Shown here piece after piece: positions 32,043 to 43,900 of a stretch of DNA of 64,000 nt. Source of the DNA: an uncultured Acidobacteriota bacterium. GTDB taxonomy: Bacteria; Acidobacteriota; Vicinamibacteria; Vicinamibacterales; CAVVIG01. Location: NCBI GenBank assembly GCA_963745495.1, contig CAVUXJ010000004.1, forward strand, positions 299,985 through 363,984, written 5' to 3'. Position 1 is the first letter of the stretch. Each line of letters opens with the position of its first letter. A program made the translations under genes and the position numbers. The notes below the pieces were generated by a model that was given only the letters and a program-made list of their open reading frames with translations, had not been told where the DNA came from and ran no database searches.

Positions 32043-33282
32043 ATGAGGATCACGCGCAGTCGCAAGTGTTCTCGGCGCCGTGCTTTCGCTTGCGTGGAGC
32101 GCGGCCGCATCGGCGCAAGTGGCCGGGCCGGCGGTCACTCAGAGCGTGGGACTGTCTCTCGCGGAGACGCTGACGCAGTTGACGAGTCCGGTCGGCGGCG
32201 CCCCGGTGGGTGAAGCGCTCGGCCTGGCCACGGCGCTCGAAGTGGCGACCACACCGTTCGGCACATCATCGGGTGGGTTCGTCTTCAAGCTCGATCCCAG
32301 CACCGGACTCCAGGTTCGGACCGCGACCACATTCGGGCCATCGTTCGCGGAAAGGGCGCTGACATCGGGCGAGGGCAAAGTCAGCGTCGGCGTGAATTTC
32401 ATTTCCGCCAAGTACAAGAAGTTGGGCGACCTTTCGCTCGACAACATGCAACTCGGCTCCGTGCAGGCCGGGTCGCCGGCGGTGGCCCGCGTGGGGACGA
32501 CCAGCCTCGCGATCTCCTCCGAGACGCTCGTGATCTCCGGAACGATTGGCGTCACCGACAAGGTCGACATCGGAGTCGCCGTGCCGATGGTGCGGGTGAA
32601 AGTGGACGGTGTCTCGACGCTGGTCAATGGCGCAGGCGATGTGGTGCTGTCCGCAGCGGGCAGCGGGACGTCCTCCGGCCTCGGCGACATCGCGGCCGTC
32701 TTGAAGTACCGGCTGCTCGCCTTTGGCGAAGGCCCCCCCGATCCGGGAGGCCTCGCGGTGCTCGCCACGATGAGGCTCCCGACGGGAGACCGCGAGAATC
32801 TACGCGGCCTTGGTGTCTCGCGCACGTTGGTTTCTCTTGTGTTTTCGAGTGGGCGAGGACGCATCCGCCCGCACGTCAACGGCGGGTTCGAGTGGTGGAA
32901 TGAAGGTGTCGACGTCATAACGAACTTCGAGAAGAATCCGTCCACCGTCACGGCCAGGCACCAGGTTCAATATGCGGGCGGCGTGGAATTCGAGGCCGCG
33001 CCGAAGCTCACGTTGCTCGTCGACCTGCTGGGGCGGCACATACTCGGGGCGGGGAAGATCGGCTTTCAAACGACGGTCCCGCCACCGAACCCGCAGGGCG
33101 TGACCTCGTTCGAATCTGCGGTGGCGCTGCCGGAAGGCATTCAGAAGATCACGCTCGTGCCGGGCCTGAAGGTGAATCTCAAGGGCAGCCTCCTTCTCTC
33201 GCTGAACGCTCTGACGGCGCTCTACGACACAGGTCTCCACTCGCGCGTCACCCCGGTCGTTGGACTCGATCTGACGTTTTAG
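32043..33282 (+). CDS. Outer-membrane beta-barrel protein (MetA-pathway/transport-type barrel), one apparent frameshift in the signal peptide
   Basis: MRITRS then (frame change) AVASVLGAVLSLAWSAAASAQ, with alternating beta-strand pattern, C-terminal VVGLDLTF ending in Phe. Confidence 0.6.
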
Positions 33283-33348
33283 GCAGAACCCTATAGTGGC
33301 AATACCTCCATGGACTCCAGCCGCGGCGCGATGTGAGAATGCAAGGAC

Positions 33349-34725
33349 ATGCGTAAACTCGCACTGACCGTGCTTCTGGCCGCGATGTGCATCGCGTGCG
33401 AAAGCGAGACCCCCCTGGGTCCTGGTACCGTCAAGGTCACCCAAAGCACCTCCACGACGACGTCGACGACGACCTCGACGATCCCTCCAAGCACCACGGC
33501 AGACTTTCATCTTCTCTCCGCTCACACCTGCCGCCCTCGAGGTCGTCAGTTTCAACGCGTTCGGTTCGACCCCGGCTCCGGGACGAACGATCGTCAGCTA
33601 CAGCTGGGACTTCGGAGACGGCCAGAAGAAGATTGGCCAGTCGGTGACCCACGATTTCTTCCCGCAAGGCCTGTATATCGTCACGCTGACGGTGACGGAC
33701 AGCGCCGGCGAGACGGCGAGCGTGTCCAAGCCGATCGGTGCCGGGGTTCCGCTGCCATCAACCACCACGACTTCGATTTCGACGAACACGGCCGTACGTT
33801 ATGTGAGCGCCAGTACAGCCCCCGATATTCCCGCTGACCTGTCATTGTTCTTCCAGCTGCTTGCCGGTCAAAGCGTGCTGCCTCCGGTAGGGGCCAGCGT
33901 GCCAAGTCTCAGGGGGCTGGGCGATTTCAAGTTCGTCCCACTCGCGGATTCCAAGTACAGCGTGCAGGGGTTCTACTCCCAGCGGAATGGCGTGACGGGC
34001 ACGATCTCGGGCGAGCTGGTGGGAACGTTGACGCCTGCGCCCAGCGGGACATTCACAGGGACACTGACGTCGACGCTGAATGGATGCACGGCGACACGAC
34101 CCTTCTCGGGACCCTTATCGAGTGGGTCTCTCCAGTGGAAGGCCATGGCTCCCGCGACCGGCGGCTGTCAGCCCGACCCATTGGCTTTTTCGTCCATGGA
34201 CCTCGTGAAATCCGACGCCCCGCCTCCGTTACCCCCGACGACGACGACCGACGACCTCGTCGACAACGACCTCGTCGACAACGACGACCTCGGTGCTGTG
34301 CAACTACTCGCTGAACCCGGTCAGTGTGACGCTTCCGCCTCGAGGACCCGAATGGGACGGCTGGGTCTGCCTTTCAGACCAGCACTGTCGGGATCACGAC
34401 TGCGGCCGGCTGTAGCTGGAACATGCAGACCTCGACCCCGTGGATCACGCTGGTGTCGCCGACGGTAGGGAGTGGGCCGGCGACAGTTTCTTTCCAGGTC
34501 GCGAACAATACCGACGCGCTGCGTCGTGTCGGGTCAGTCGTCATCGCGGGCATCACCTTCCTGGTCACTCAGGAGGCTGCGGTGAGCAGGTCGACCACCT
34601 CATCGACCACCTCATCGACCACCTACGAGCACCTGCAACGACCACCTCAACCTCAACGACCACGCTCCCGACTACCACGAGTTCAGTGTCGACAACCACA
34701 ACACATTCTCACCATCCTGTGATCG
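33349..34725 (+). CDS. Lipoprotein with a PKD domain and several poly-Ser/Thr linkers, about 4 apparent frameshifts; the 3' end is uncertain
   Basis: MRKLALTVLLAAMCIAC has a lipobox-like Cys. PKD signature YSWDFGDGQKKIGQSVTHDFFPQGLYIVTLTVTDSAGE. Linkers STSTTTSTTTSTIPPSTT, PSTTTTSIS, PPTTTT..., STTSSTTSSTT. A C-terminal domain reads CSWNMQTSTPWITLVSPTVGSGPATVSFQVANNTDALRRVGSVVIAGITFLVTQ. Confidence 0.6.
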
Positions 34726-34851
34726 TCCGCGCAGGTTTCGGCGGAGGGCTGCTATCATCCCGAGGTGGACTCGATGTGCTTCAGCTATCGCACCGACTCT
34801 ATCGAACGAGAAGACCATCACCGCCCGACAGGCCGAAGCTGCCCGCGCCGG

Positions 34852-36445
34852 CTACGGTACGCAATAGACCCTGAAGTCACGGCGACGCTGCGGGTTTCGC
34901 TCTCCCTTGATCTCCTTCACCAGTTTCCAGTCATGAGGCGCTTCACCGGTTTCTAGGACGTTGCGCGCGAAGACAGGCAAGGTCGATTCCACGTACTCGG
35001 CGAGCAGTTCCACACCCCGGCTCCCCCCGAGCATGACGCACCCGTGTCGGACGTGGTCGCGGGTGGTCCCCGAATCGAGGACGCGAAGATTGGGACGCCC
35101 GATACCGCGTGAAGATCTTCAGGTGCAAGACCGCCCAGAGATCCCCAAAGAACACCTTGTCCGGAGTCGAGTGCACAAGGTCGGCGACTGCCCGCAGGTC
35201 GTACAGTCCGGCGCGGTAGTGGTCTCGGGTCCGCGTGATGGCTGCAACAGAAGTGGCGAACAAGACCAGCATCAACAGCACTGAAGCCATCTGACTCGTA
35301 CGACCGATGGCGCACAGAAAATACGCCGCAACAACCACGAAGGGCGCCGTCAGCATCAGGAGGAATCGCTGCTGCTTGAACACCATCATGTATTGCACGG
35401 TCGCGATGCGGCCAGTCGACCGAGAGCCGGAGCGGCCCGAACTCCAGATAGAGAAAAAGCCCGATCGCCAATGTCAGGAGCAGCAGATTTCGTCGGCGAA
35501 TGAGACTGAAGAGGGCCGCCGCGAAGAAAAGGAAGAAGAAGAAGCCGAATTGGTTTGTCGGCCCATCATCCAGCAGGAGGACATTTCGAACGAGCTCGAG
35601 CGGGGCGCCGTTGGTATATCTGACTTGGAGCCATCCCCAGCGGACGCTCGAGACAGACTCGTGCAGGTACTTGTATTGAGACGCACCACTTTGAATGTGA
35701 TAGCTGAGAAGGGGATCGCCCGTGCTTCGGTAGTAGAGAAGTGCCTCGACGCTGAAGATCGCCAGAAAACCGCCGAGAATCCACACAGGCGCGCGCCAGC
35801 TCGCCTTCCGAAAGACCGCCAGCAGCGTCCCGCAGCCCAGGAGCGCGATCAAGAACAGGAGACCGCGCCCGTTCGCCAGATAGGCGCCGGCGGCCGCCGC
35901 TCCCTGACAGAGCGTAAAGCGCCGCGATTGCGCCAGCGCGAGGCCTCAACGAGCAGCAGCAAGGCGACGGATGAAAAGAGACCCAGCTGCACGTCGGACA
36001 GTATTCGCGTGCCGTTGATGACTTCGAGGGGATAGAACGCGCAGAGGAGGGCGGCGACTAGTCCGACCGTTCGACCGTGCAGGACGAAGCCAAGCCGATA
36101 CGCCACCAGCACCGACAGTATGGAGCACAGCCCCGCCCACAGGGCCGCCGCCACTTCTCCGGGACCGAACAGGGCGAAGCTCGCCGCGATCGGATACGTG
36201 ACCATCGGACGGACATGGAATTGATCGATCGGGTTCGCGAGAAAGTCCTCCGGGAGGCCGCGGAAGCGTTCGAGGTACCGTGGCCCATCGGTGAACAACG
36301 CGAAGGCGTTCCCATAGTAGATTCCATCGTCCTGCGGATCGCCCGACACGAGACCGACAAAAAACACCGCCCGCAGCAGGATCGCCAGCAGCAGAATCGA
36401 TCCCATCAAGGCAGTCGTTGGGATTGTCGAAAGCCGTTTCGACAT
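34852..36445 (-). CDS. Second GT-C fold membrane glycosyltransferase (ArnT/PMT-like), about 5 apparent frameshifts
   Basis: MSKRLSTIPTTALMGSILLLAILLRAVFF...DDGIYYGNAF...RPMVTYPIAASFALFGPGEVAAALWAGLCSILSVLVAYRLG. Followed through ORFs 35849..36475, 34953..35852, 34943..35398 and 34852..35034. Confidence 0.6.
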
Positions 36446-36600
36446 AGGCGGCAAGGATACCGCAGATGAAAGCACCGCCTCGTATCGCCACCCGCAAACG
36501 GTCTGCTGGAATCAGAACGTCGAGCGGATTAGCATAGGGATGGCGCGGGGTCGGTGATGACCCGTACGAGTCTCGACCATGCCTGAGTTCCACGTCTCCC

Positions 36601-38077
36601 ATGGTTCCGGCACTGTGCGTTCGCACAGCGGATGGACGTACGTTTCGCTTTACTCGGACGTTCCACATCGGACGTGACCGCGACTGCGAAGTGCGCATCG
36701 AAGACGTCCAGGTGAGCCGGAAGCATCTCGTCGTGTTGTTCGGCAACGGCCGCTGGGAGATCCGCGACCTGCAAAGCAGCAACGGGATGTTTCTCGACGG
36801 CCAGCGTACGACGGCGGTCTCGTCGACGAAGGCGTGACAATCAGGCTGGGGGTGGATGGTCCGCTGGTGGCGTTCGAAGTGGAGCGGCCGGCGTCGGTGA
36901 CGAATCGTGGCGTGATGCCGGCGCAATCGAGCACGGGGGCCGGCGGCGAGACACGGATCATCGCCGACTATGCCGAGCGCTACTTCGGGTCGCGGGGAAG
37001 CCAAGAGGAGGTGGGCGGACGCACTCGCATGATTCGGAAGGCGTTCCAGGACGTCCAGAAGAAGCAACGGCGGAAGTACGGCTGGGTCGTTGCCGTGGCG
37101 GTGCTGGCCACGGTGGTGGCCGGCGGGTACGCGTACTACGGGCATCGGCAGATAAGCCGACAGCGGGCTGTCGCCGAGGAGCTCTTCTACGCGATGAAGT
37201 CGCTGGACGTCGATATGGCGAACATGGAGCAGGTGGTCGCGGCGTCCGGCAACGCAGCAGAGCCAGGAACTAGCTCAAGCAGTACGTGGAACGCCGTCGA
37301 CAGATGGAAAGCACCTACGACAGGTTTCTTGCTGGCTCGAACGTGTACGACCGGAGCCTGACCGAGCAGGAGCGTCTGATTTTGCGGGTGACGCGCGCCT
37401 TCGGCGAATGCGAGATCGCGGCGCCACAAGAGTATCTGGCGGAGGTGTCCAGCTATATCCGCAAGTGGCAGGGATCCGGGCGCTTTGCGCGAGCGGTGAC
37501 CCTTGGTCAGCAGATGGGCTATACCAAGACGATTGCGCAGGAGTTCGTGCGGCAGAACCTGCCGCCTCAGTTCGTGTATCTCGCCATGCAGGAAAGTGAC
37601 TTCGACCCCTTTACGAGTGGTCCACCCACGTCGTTTGGTATCGCCAAGGGCATGTGGCAGTTCATCCCCGAGACCGGCGCCAGATACGGGTTGACGATCG
37701 GGCCGCTGGCCAACGTCCGAAAGCCCGACCCTGCTGACGATCGGCACAACTGGCAGAAGGCGACTGTGGCGGCGACGCGGTACATCAAGGACATCTACTC
37801 GACCGATGCGCAAGCGTCCGGACTGCTCGTGATGGCGTCGTACAACTGGGGCGAGCGACGGGTCATCAATCTCCTCCGGAGCATGCCTGCCAACCCGAAG
37901 GATCGAAATTTCTGGAAGGTGCTCGCGAGATATCGTGGCCAGTTGCCGAAGGAAACGTACGACTACGTGTTCTATATCGTGTCGGCCGCCGTAATCGGAG
38001 AAAATCCTCGACTCTTCGGCTTTTCGTTCGACAGTCCACTCGCGACCGCCGATCTGGCTGGTCGAAGCCGGCCATAA
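36601..38077 (+). CDS. FHA domain - TM segment - lytic transglycosylase (SLT) fusion protein, 2 apparent frameshifts
   Basis: FHA: FHIGRDRDCEVRIEDVQVSRKHLVVLFGNGRWEIRDLQSSNGMFLDG. TM: WVVAVAVLATVVAGGYAYY. SLT: YLAMQESDFDPF...GIAKGMWQFIPETGARYGL...ASYNWG. Confidence 0.75.
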
Positions 38078-38082
38078 CGTGC

Positions 38083-38110
38083 GCCCCTGCAGGGGCTACC
38101 GCTTTCTTTT
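38083..38110 (+). terminator. Possible intrinsic terminator after the FHA-SLT gene
   Basis: GCCCC-TGCA-GGGGC hairpin followed by the T-rich taccgctttctttt. Confidence 0.45.
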
Positions 38111-38126
38111 ACCTCTCCGATAAAGC

Positions 38127-38160
38127 TTGTGGCATAGCTTCGTTAAAAGTTTGTATAATC
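38127..38160 (+). promoter_or_regulatory. Candidate sigma70-type promoter in a locally AT-rich patch upstream of the porin gene
   Basis: Perfect TATAAT at 38154-38159, preceded by TG, within aaagcttgtggcatagcttcgttaaaagtttgtataatcaaaaccaatatttt. The -35 element is poor. Confidence 0.4.
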
Positions 38161-38210
38161 AAAACCAATATTTTGACCACTAAGATGTCGAGCTGGACGG
38201 AGGAGGGTTC

Positions 38211-39540
38211 TTGCTTTTCCTGACCGCATTCCTCGTCGCCATGCTCGCCACGGGACGGCTCTCGGCGCAACCGGCACCGCCGCGTCCGACTCACCCGCTC
38301 CAGGTTCGGTCTCGTCGCCGGCGCTGTCGAGGAGCTCGAGCGACGCCTTCGGGAACTCGCGGCGCGGGTGAAGGAACTGGAATCCGCCGACGGCAGCAAG
38401 GCACCGCAAGACAGCGGCTGCAGATGGGAAATCCAGCGTCGCCGCACCGGGGCAGGCCCCGGAAGCGCCCGCGCCTCCGCGCGACGAACCGTCGACCGTA
38501 TCGCAGACGGGCCCCATTTCCGGCTACATGGATTTCCACCTCAACCGGCCCGAACACCAGGATCCGCTGCTCGACTTTCACCGCTTCGTGCTGCTGTTCA
38601 ACCACAGCTTCACCGACCGCATCCGGTTCATCGGTGAGCTCGAGCTCGAGCACGCGCTGGTCGAAGGCCTTGAAGAATCCGGCGAGCTGGAGCTGGAACA
38701 GGCGTACCTGGACTTCCGGGTGAACCGGGCGTTCAACCTGCGCGCGGGACTGCTGCTCGCGCCAGTGGGGATCATCAACGAGCGCCACGAACCCCCGTCC
38801 TTTCACGGCGTCGAGCGGCCGTTCGTCGACACGTTCATCATTCCGACGACGTGGTTCGACGCCGGCGCCGGTATTCACGGCACGTTCGGCGCGGCGTGGC
38901 ACTATCGCGCGTACGTGATGGCGCCGCTCGACGCGACCCGCATCACGGCCGAAGACGGACTCAGCCGAGGCGCGCCAAAAGGGGTTCTTGTCGAACGTTC
39001 GCAATATCGCGACGACCGCACGGCTCGAATACGGCGGGCTTCCCGGGCTCACGCTCGGCACGAGCTTCTGGCGGGGCGAAAGCGGCTTCAACTTCCCCCG
39101 GGAGGGCGCCCGCGTGGGCGTCGTCGAATTCGACGGCCGGTACCACACGGGTCCAATCGCGATCCGAGGCGAGTTCGCGCAGGTCTTCATCGACGGCGCC
39201 GATGAGCTGAACGATCTGCTGCAGCGAAGCACCGGCGTGAACCCGAACATCGCGCAGCAGATGCGCGGCTTCTACATCGAGCCGTCGTGGCGGCCGCTGC
39301 CGAAGTTGCCGTTCGATACCGCCGTGTTCGTGCGTTACGAGAACTTCGACACGCAGTTCCGCATGCCGCCTGGTGTGCTGCCGCTGAAGCAGTTCGATCG
39401 CGCCGCCTGGGTCGTCGGCGCGTCGTATTTCCCCGATCCCGACATCGCGCTCAAGATCGACTACTCGGTGATCCAGGAACCAGAGCTCGCTGTTCAGCAG
39501 CGTCGACAGCCTGAATGTCGGGCTCGGATGGTGGTTCTGA
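38211..39540 (+). CDS. Outer-membrane porin (phosphate-selective porin O/P-like), about 5 apparent frameshifts
   Basis: Signal peptide LLFLTAFLVAMLATGRLSAQ, a coiled segment, GYMDFHLNRPE...FHRFVLLFNHSFTDRIRFIGELELEHA...ELELEQAYLDF...AGLLLAPVGIINERHEPP. The C-terminus LNVGLGWWF is reached only after a last frame change. Confidence 0.65.
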
Positions 39541-39928
39541 TGGCTAGGGCACCAGGCTCGTCCGCCGCAGCTCGCTCGCGGGTGCCGTGCTCCTCGTGAT
39601 CCTCGCCGCGCCTTCCGGCTCCTCGCAGGACCGCCGGGTGATACGGTTGACGGCTGAGCGCTTCACGTTCAGCCCCTCACAGGTCAAGGTCACACGGGGA
39701 ACCGTTGATCGAGTTCCGCCTGCGGAGCGATGATACGAACCACGGGTTCAGGATCGTCGGATCGGACGAGAACCTGATCATTCCGAAGCGCGGCCGTGGT
39801 GAGGCCACGTTGATCTTCAAAGCCGACACGCCTGGCCGATACACCTTCGAATGCTCGAAGATGTGCGGCGCGGGGCACAGCTTCATGCGTGGCGAGATCA
39901 TCGTCGAAGACCAGGGCAGCCGCAGTGA
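39540..39928 (+). CDS. Small cupredoxin-fold (copper-binding) protein, about 3 apparent frameshifts
   Basis: The ATG overlaps the porin stop. Signal-like AGAVLLVILAAPSGS, IRLTAERFTFSPSQVKV, EFRLRSDDTNHGFRIVG, GRYTFECSKMCGAGHSFMRGEIIV (C-x3-C-x3-H-x2-M type Cu site). Confidence 0.6.
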
Positions 39929-41105
39929 AGCGACCCGTGGCGTTGGCCGCCGGTGTGTGCATCGCGGCGATTTGCGTCGAGGTCGCCGGCCAGTCGGTCC
40001 GGCCGCTGCCCGGCGATCCGCTGCCGGGAATCACCAGCGGCGACTTCGAGGAGTTTCGGCTGGGCCTCGAGGATTTCACGGAAGTCGAGACGGCGAAGAC
40101 GGGCTCGGCCCGGCGTTCAACGGCTCGAGCTGCGCTGTTTGCCATAGCGTTCCATCGATTGGCGGCGCCGGCGTGGTCGCCGAGGTCCGGGCGGCCCGCC
40201 GCGACGAGCGCGGCGAATTTGTCGAGCTCGTCCCGACGTCAGGGTCGCTGTTCCAGATCTTCTCGATTCCCACGCACACGTGTCAGCCGATCATTCCTCC
40301 AGAGGCGAACGTGATCTCCCGACGCGTGCCCATCCCGTTGTTTGGCGCGGGCCTCGTCGAAGCGATCCCCGACGAAACGCTTCTCGCGCTCGACGATCCC
40401 GGCGATCGCGACCGCGACGGGATCAGCGGGAGAGCGGCCGTCATCACCGACATCGCCACCGGCCGACGCCGCGTCGGACGGTTCGGATGGAAGGCCCAAC
40501 ACGCGACGCTCCTGGCGTTCGGCGCCGACGCCTACCGGAACGAGATGGGGATTACGAACGATCTGTTTCCGACAGAGCTCGCATTCGGCATCACCCGGAG
40601 CAGATGACGCTGTGCGACCGGATTCCCGATCCGGAAGACCGCCCGGATCGGCGAACGAGGCGGCGCGGGATCGACAACTTCGAAGCGTTCATGAAATTTC
40701 TCGCGCCAGCCGGACGGGGGGCGATCGACGACACCGTGCGCGCGGGCGAGATGTTGTTTGGCGCCGTTGGCTGCGGGTCCTGCCATGTGCCGTCGCTTCA
40801 GACCGGACCCGACGCGAACCCGTTGTTCCATCACAAGGTGGTGCCGCTGTTCTCTGATCTGCTGCTGCACGACGTGGGGACCGGCGACGGTATCCGTCAG
40901 GAAGCCGCCGAGCCGCAGGAGTTCCGGACGCCCGCCCTGTGGGGCCTGAGGCTTCGGCGTCCGCTGCTGCATGACGGCACCGCGGCCACCATTGAGGACG
41001 CCGTTGGGGCGCACGGAAACGAGGCGGCGTCGGCTCGCGCGTCGGTTCATCGCGCTCTCGCCAACTCAGCGCGCGGCGCTGCTTGCGTTCTTGAAATCAC
41101 TCTGA
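39925..41105 (+). CDS. DUF1111-family di-haem protein (cytochrome c peroxidase-like 'thiol oxidoreductase'), about 3 apparent frameshifts
   Basis: Signal peptide VKRPVALAAGVCIAAICV. Two haem motifs, CAVCH and CGSCH. GRFGWKAQ, FRTPALWGL, LLHDG. Confidence 0.75.
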
Positions 41106-41126
41106 GCCGGCCGCCCAAAGGCCCGC

Positions 41127-43218
41127 TTATTTTGCGAGCGGACCCGGCCGGACCTGGAACTTCACCACCTTCGGCCGCGAGCCCTTGCCGCCTTCCTGGT
41201 GCCAGGGCGTGTACATCGAGTAGCTCGACCAGAGCCCGCGGCCCTTCCAGCCGGCTTTCGGATCGTCGATCCGTCCGGCCGCGTGTCGAGAGTGGAATCC
41301 CAACGGGTAAGGCACGCGCAAGGTCAATGTCTTCATCTGACCGTTCTGCGGCATGATGACCCAGAACGAGTCCGCGTTGACGTCGCCGGCCAGCAACACG
41401 TCCTTCCCGAGACCGAGCGCGTCGTGGTGATCGATGTTGCCCAGGTACAGCATGTCCGTGCTGAGCTCCGGCTCCCCTTTGAACGTGGGGCCGGGCTTCT
41501 TGTGCACGGTCCACCCTTCCGGGCACTGCTGACCGGTGGCCGTCGGTCCGTTCAGGACCTTGCACTTGCGGCGGTCGAAGCTGAAGATCTCGTGGACGCC
41601 CCGCCAGTTCTGCCAGACCACGCCGTGGCTGTCGATGGCCACGCCTCCCGAATACGGCAACGGTATCGTCGACGGCGGCGGCACATAGACCTCGGCCTTG
41701 CACGACATCGGCGGGTTGGCCCCGCGCTCGATGCGCACGAGCGTCTTGTCCTCGTGACCGATTCCCGAGCACCACACGGCCCCGTCGGTCGGGCTGATGC
41801 CAATCGAGTAACAGCCGAATTCGATCCGGTGGTCCTTCTTGGGATCGATCGGCTCATTGGGCTCGGTCCAGCCGGTGGAGATCTTGCCGTCGCCGTTGGT
41901 GTCCACGACGCCGGGGCACCATGCCTGCGAGGCGGCGGCGTCGTGGGTCTTGTCGAACGTCACCGTGTCGACCCAGCCGATGGCATCGTCCTGGCCGAAG
42001 ACGAGCGCGTCTTTGTCGTCGAACAGGTTATGGTCCGCGGCAAAACAGGTGTCGATCATCGTGAACTGTTTCGTCTTCGGGTCGTACAGCTGGACCTGCC
42101 TGTTGCTCGGGCCCGGCATCGGGAAGTACTTCGCGAACTTGTTCGTCGCGCCGTCCTTGCAGAACGCCGGCTGTTGCTGTGGAGCGCGATTCCGTGCCGT
42201 GACCCACACGCGTCCCTTGGCGTCCATCGCCACGCTGCGGGGGTCCGCTTGGCGTTGCCAGATCTTCTCGTCCCCCCACGTCGGAGAGCGCGGCGTGTTG
42301 GCATCGAGCACAGGCCCGTTCGACGGAATCTTGATCTCCGTCGTCGAGTTCTCCTGCGGATCGAGCACCGCGAGAATGTCGGACGTCTGCATGGCCCCGT
42401 AGATCAGCCCGTTCGCGTTCACCGTTGGAGAGCGCTCGTCGGTGCCAGCCGCATCGCTCCGTCGGCTGGTCGGCAGGGCCCAGTCCCACATCGAGATCAC
42501 GAGGTTGCGCTCGACACCGGCGGGACGCGGCGGCGCTTCGGGATAGGCGCCGGCGGCAATCCGATCGGTCCAATCGGCGAACGCCTTGCGCTGCGCCCCG
42601 AGGCGCTTGAAGAGGCCGCCCATGTTCGCGCCGTTGGGTCCCATCGCGGTGTGGCGATCCCAGGCTTCAAGGCTCGAGGCAAACGTGCCAACGCCCTTCG
42701 TCAATTCACGAGTCGCACGGTTGCCCACTTGATGGCATGAGAAGCACGCCTTGGTTTCCAGGGCCACGTGATCGGCCGGAGTGTTCTCCCTTGGGGATTT
42801 CCAGCAGGCCCAGCCAGTAGCTTGCCGGATAGACCTGCGCGGCGGCGCGGCCGTCGGGCGCCACCACCGCTTTGAGGTCGAGTTGCTGCCCCGGCTTGGC
42901 GGTGACCCGCGCCGAGTCCACCAACCCGTACCCGCGGACGAAGACCTGGTAGCCTGCTCTCGGCAGATCCGGCAGGACGTAGCGTCCCTGGTCGTCGGTG
43001 ACCACGATTCTCACGAACTTCGTCGGCAGCTCCGTGGTTTCCGCGACCACCCACACACCGGCCTCTGGACCTTTCGCGCTCGTGACGACGCCGCCGATGT
43101 CATCGGAATCGATGGCGACCGTGGCACCGCTCTTCTGCTGCGCGTTCACCCAGGTGAGTGACGCCGCCAGCGCAGCGATGGCCAAGAAACCAACTTCCGG
43201 ATTCACACGCAACTTCAT
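41127..43218 (-). CDS. Carboxypeptidase-regulatory-like domain protein with a c-type haem motif and a beta-propeller-like body, one apparent frameshift near 42775
   Basis: ORF 42706..43230 (signal peptide, VVTSAKGPEAGVWVVAETTELPTKFVRIVVTDDQGRYVLPDLP) joins the intact 546-aa ORF 41127..42767 (KACFSCHQVGN). Confidence 0.75.
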
Positions 43219-43476
43219 GTGCTCCTCCAATGCGCTTGCTTATACACCCGAACGCGTCTGGCCGGCTCACTAAAAAGGACCGCCTTTCCGAACGTCCGTG
43301 CATCGACTCCGGGCCGCACTGAAAGGAGGCGAAAGTTGGTGCAGGGGACCGTCTCTGGCGCCTTTCGGAGAGGGACGTTCGCCCTGCACGGAGACTGGCT
43401 GACGCGTTCAGTCGACGGCGGTTTGTGCTATCGTCCGGCCCACTCCGTCCATCGCCTGCGTCAGAGGAGGATTCAG

Positions 43477-43900
43477 ATGGCTTGGATTCGTCGAAATATT
43501 CGGTGGATCATGATCGCGTCTGGCGTGCTGACGACCACGATGTTGCAGGCAGTGTGTCGCACCCGAGGCCGCGCTTCGGTCGACGTTCGGCGAATCACTG
43601 AGCGGTCCGCTGGCCGGGATCGTGGTACGCAACTGGGGCGTGCTGATTGCGCTCATCGGCGGGATGCTGATTTACGGGGCGTTCAATCCGCCGGTACGTC
43701 CCCTCGTCTTGATCGTCGCCAGCATCAGCAAGGCGGTGTTCATCGGCCTCGTGCTCACCCTCGGTCAACACTATCTTGGGCGGGTGGGCCTGTTCGTGCT
43801 CGTGGATTCGCTGATGATCGTGCTGTTCGCCTGGTACTTGGTGGCGATGCGCACCGTCTCGGCCAACTCGCGCCCGTTCGCGGCGAAGGTATCCGTGTAG
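43477..43900 (+). CDS. Small integral membrane protein (about 4 TM), one apparent frameshift near 43555
   Basis: AGGAGG lies 7 nt upstream of the ATG. MAWIRRNIRWIMIASGVLTTTML, then VVRNWGVLIALIGGMLIYGAF...VFIGLVLTLG...LFVLVDSLMIVLFAWYLV. Confidence 0.6.
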
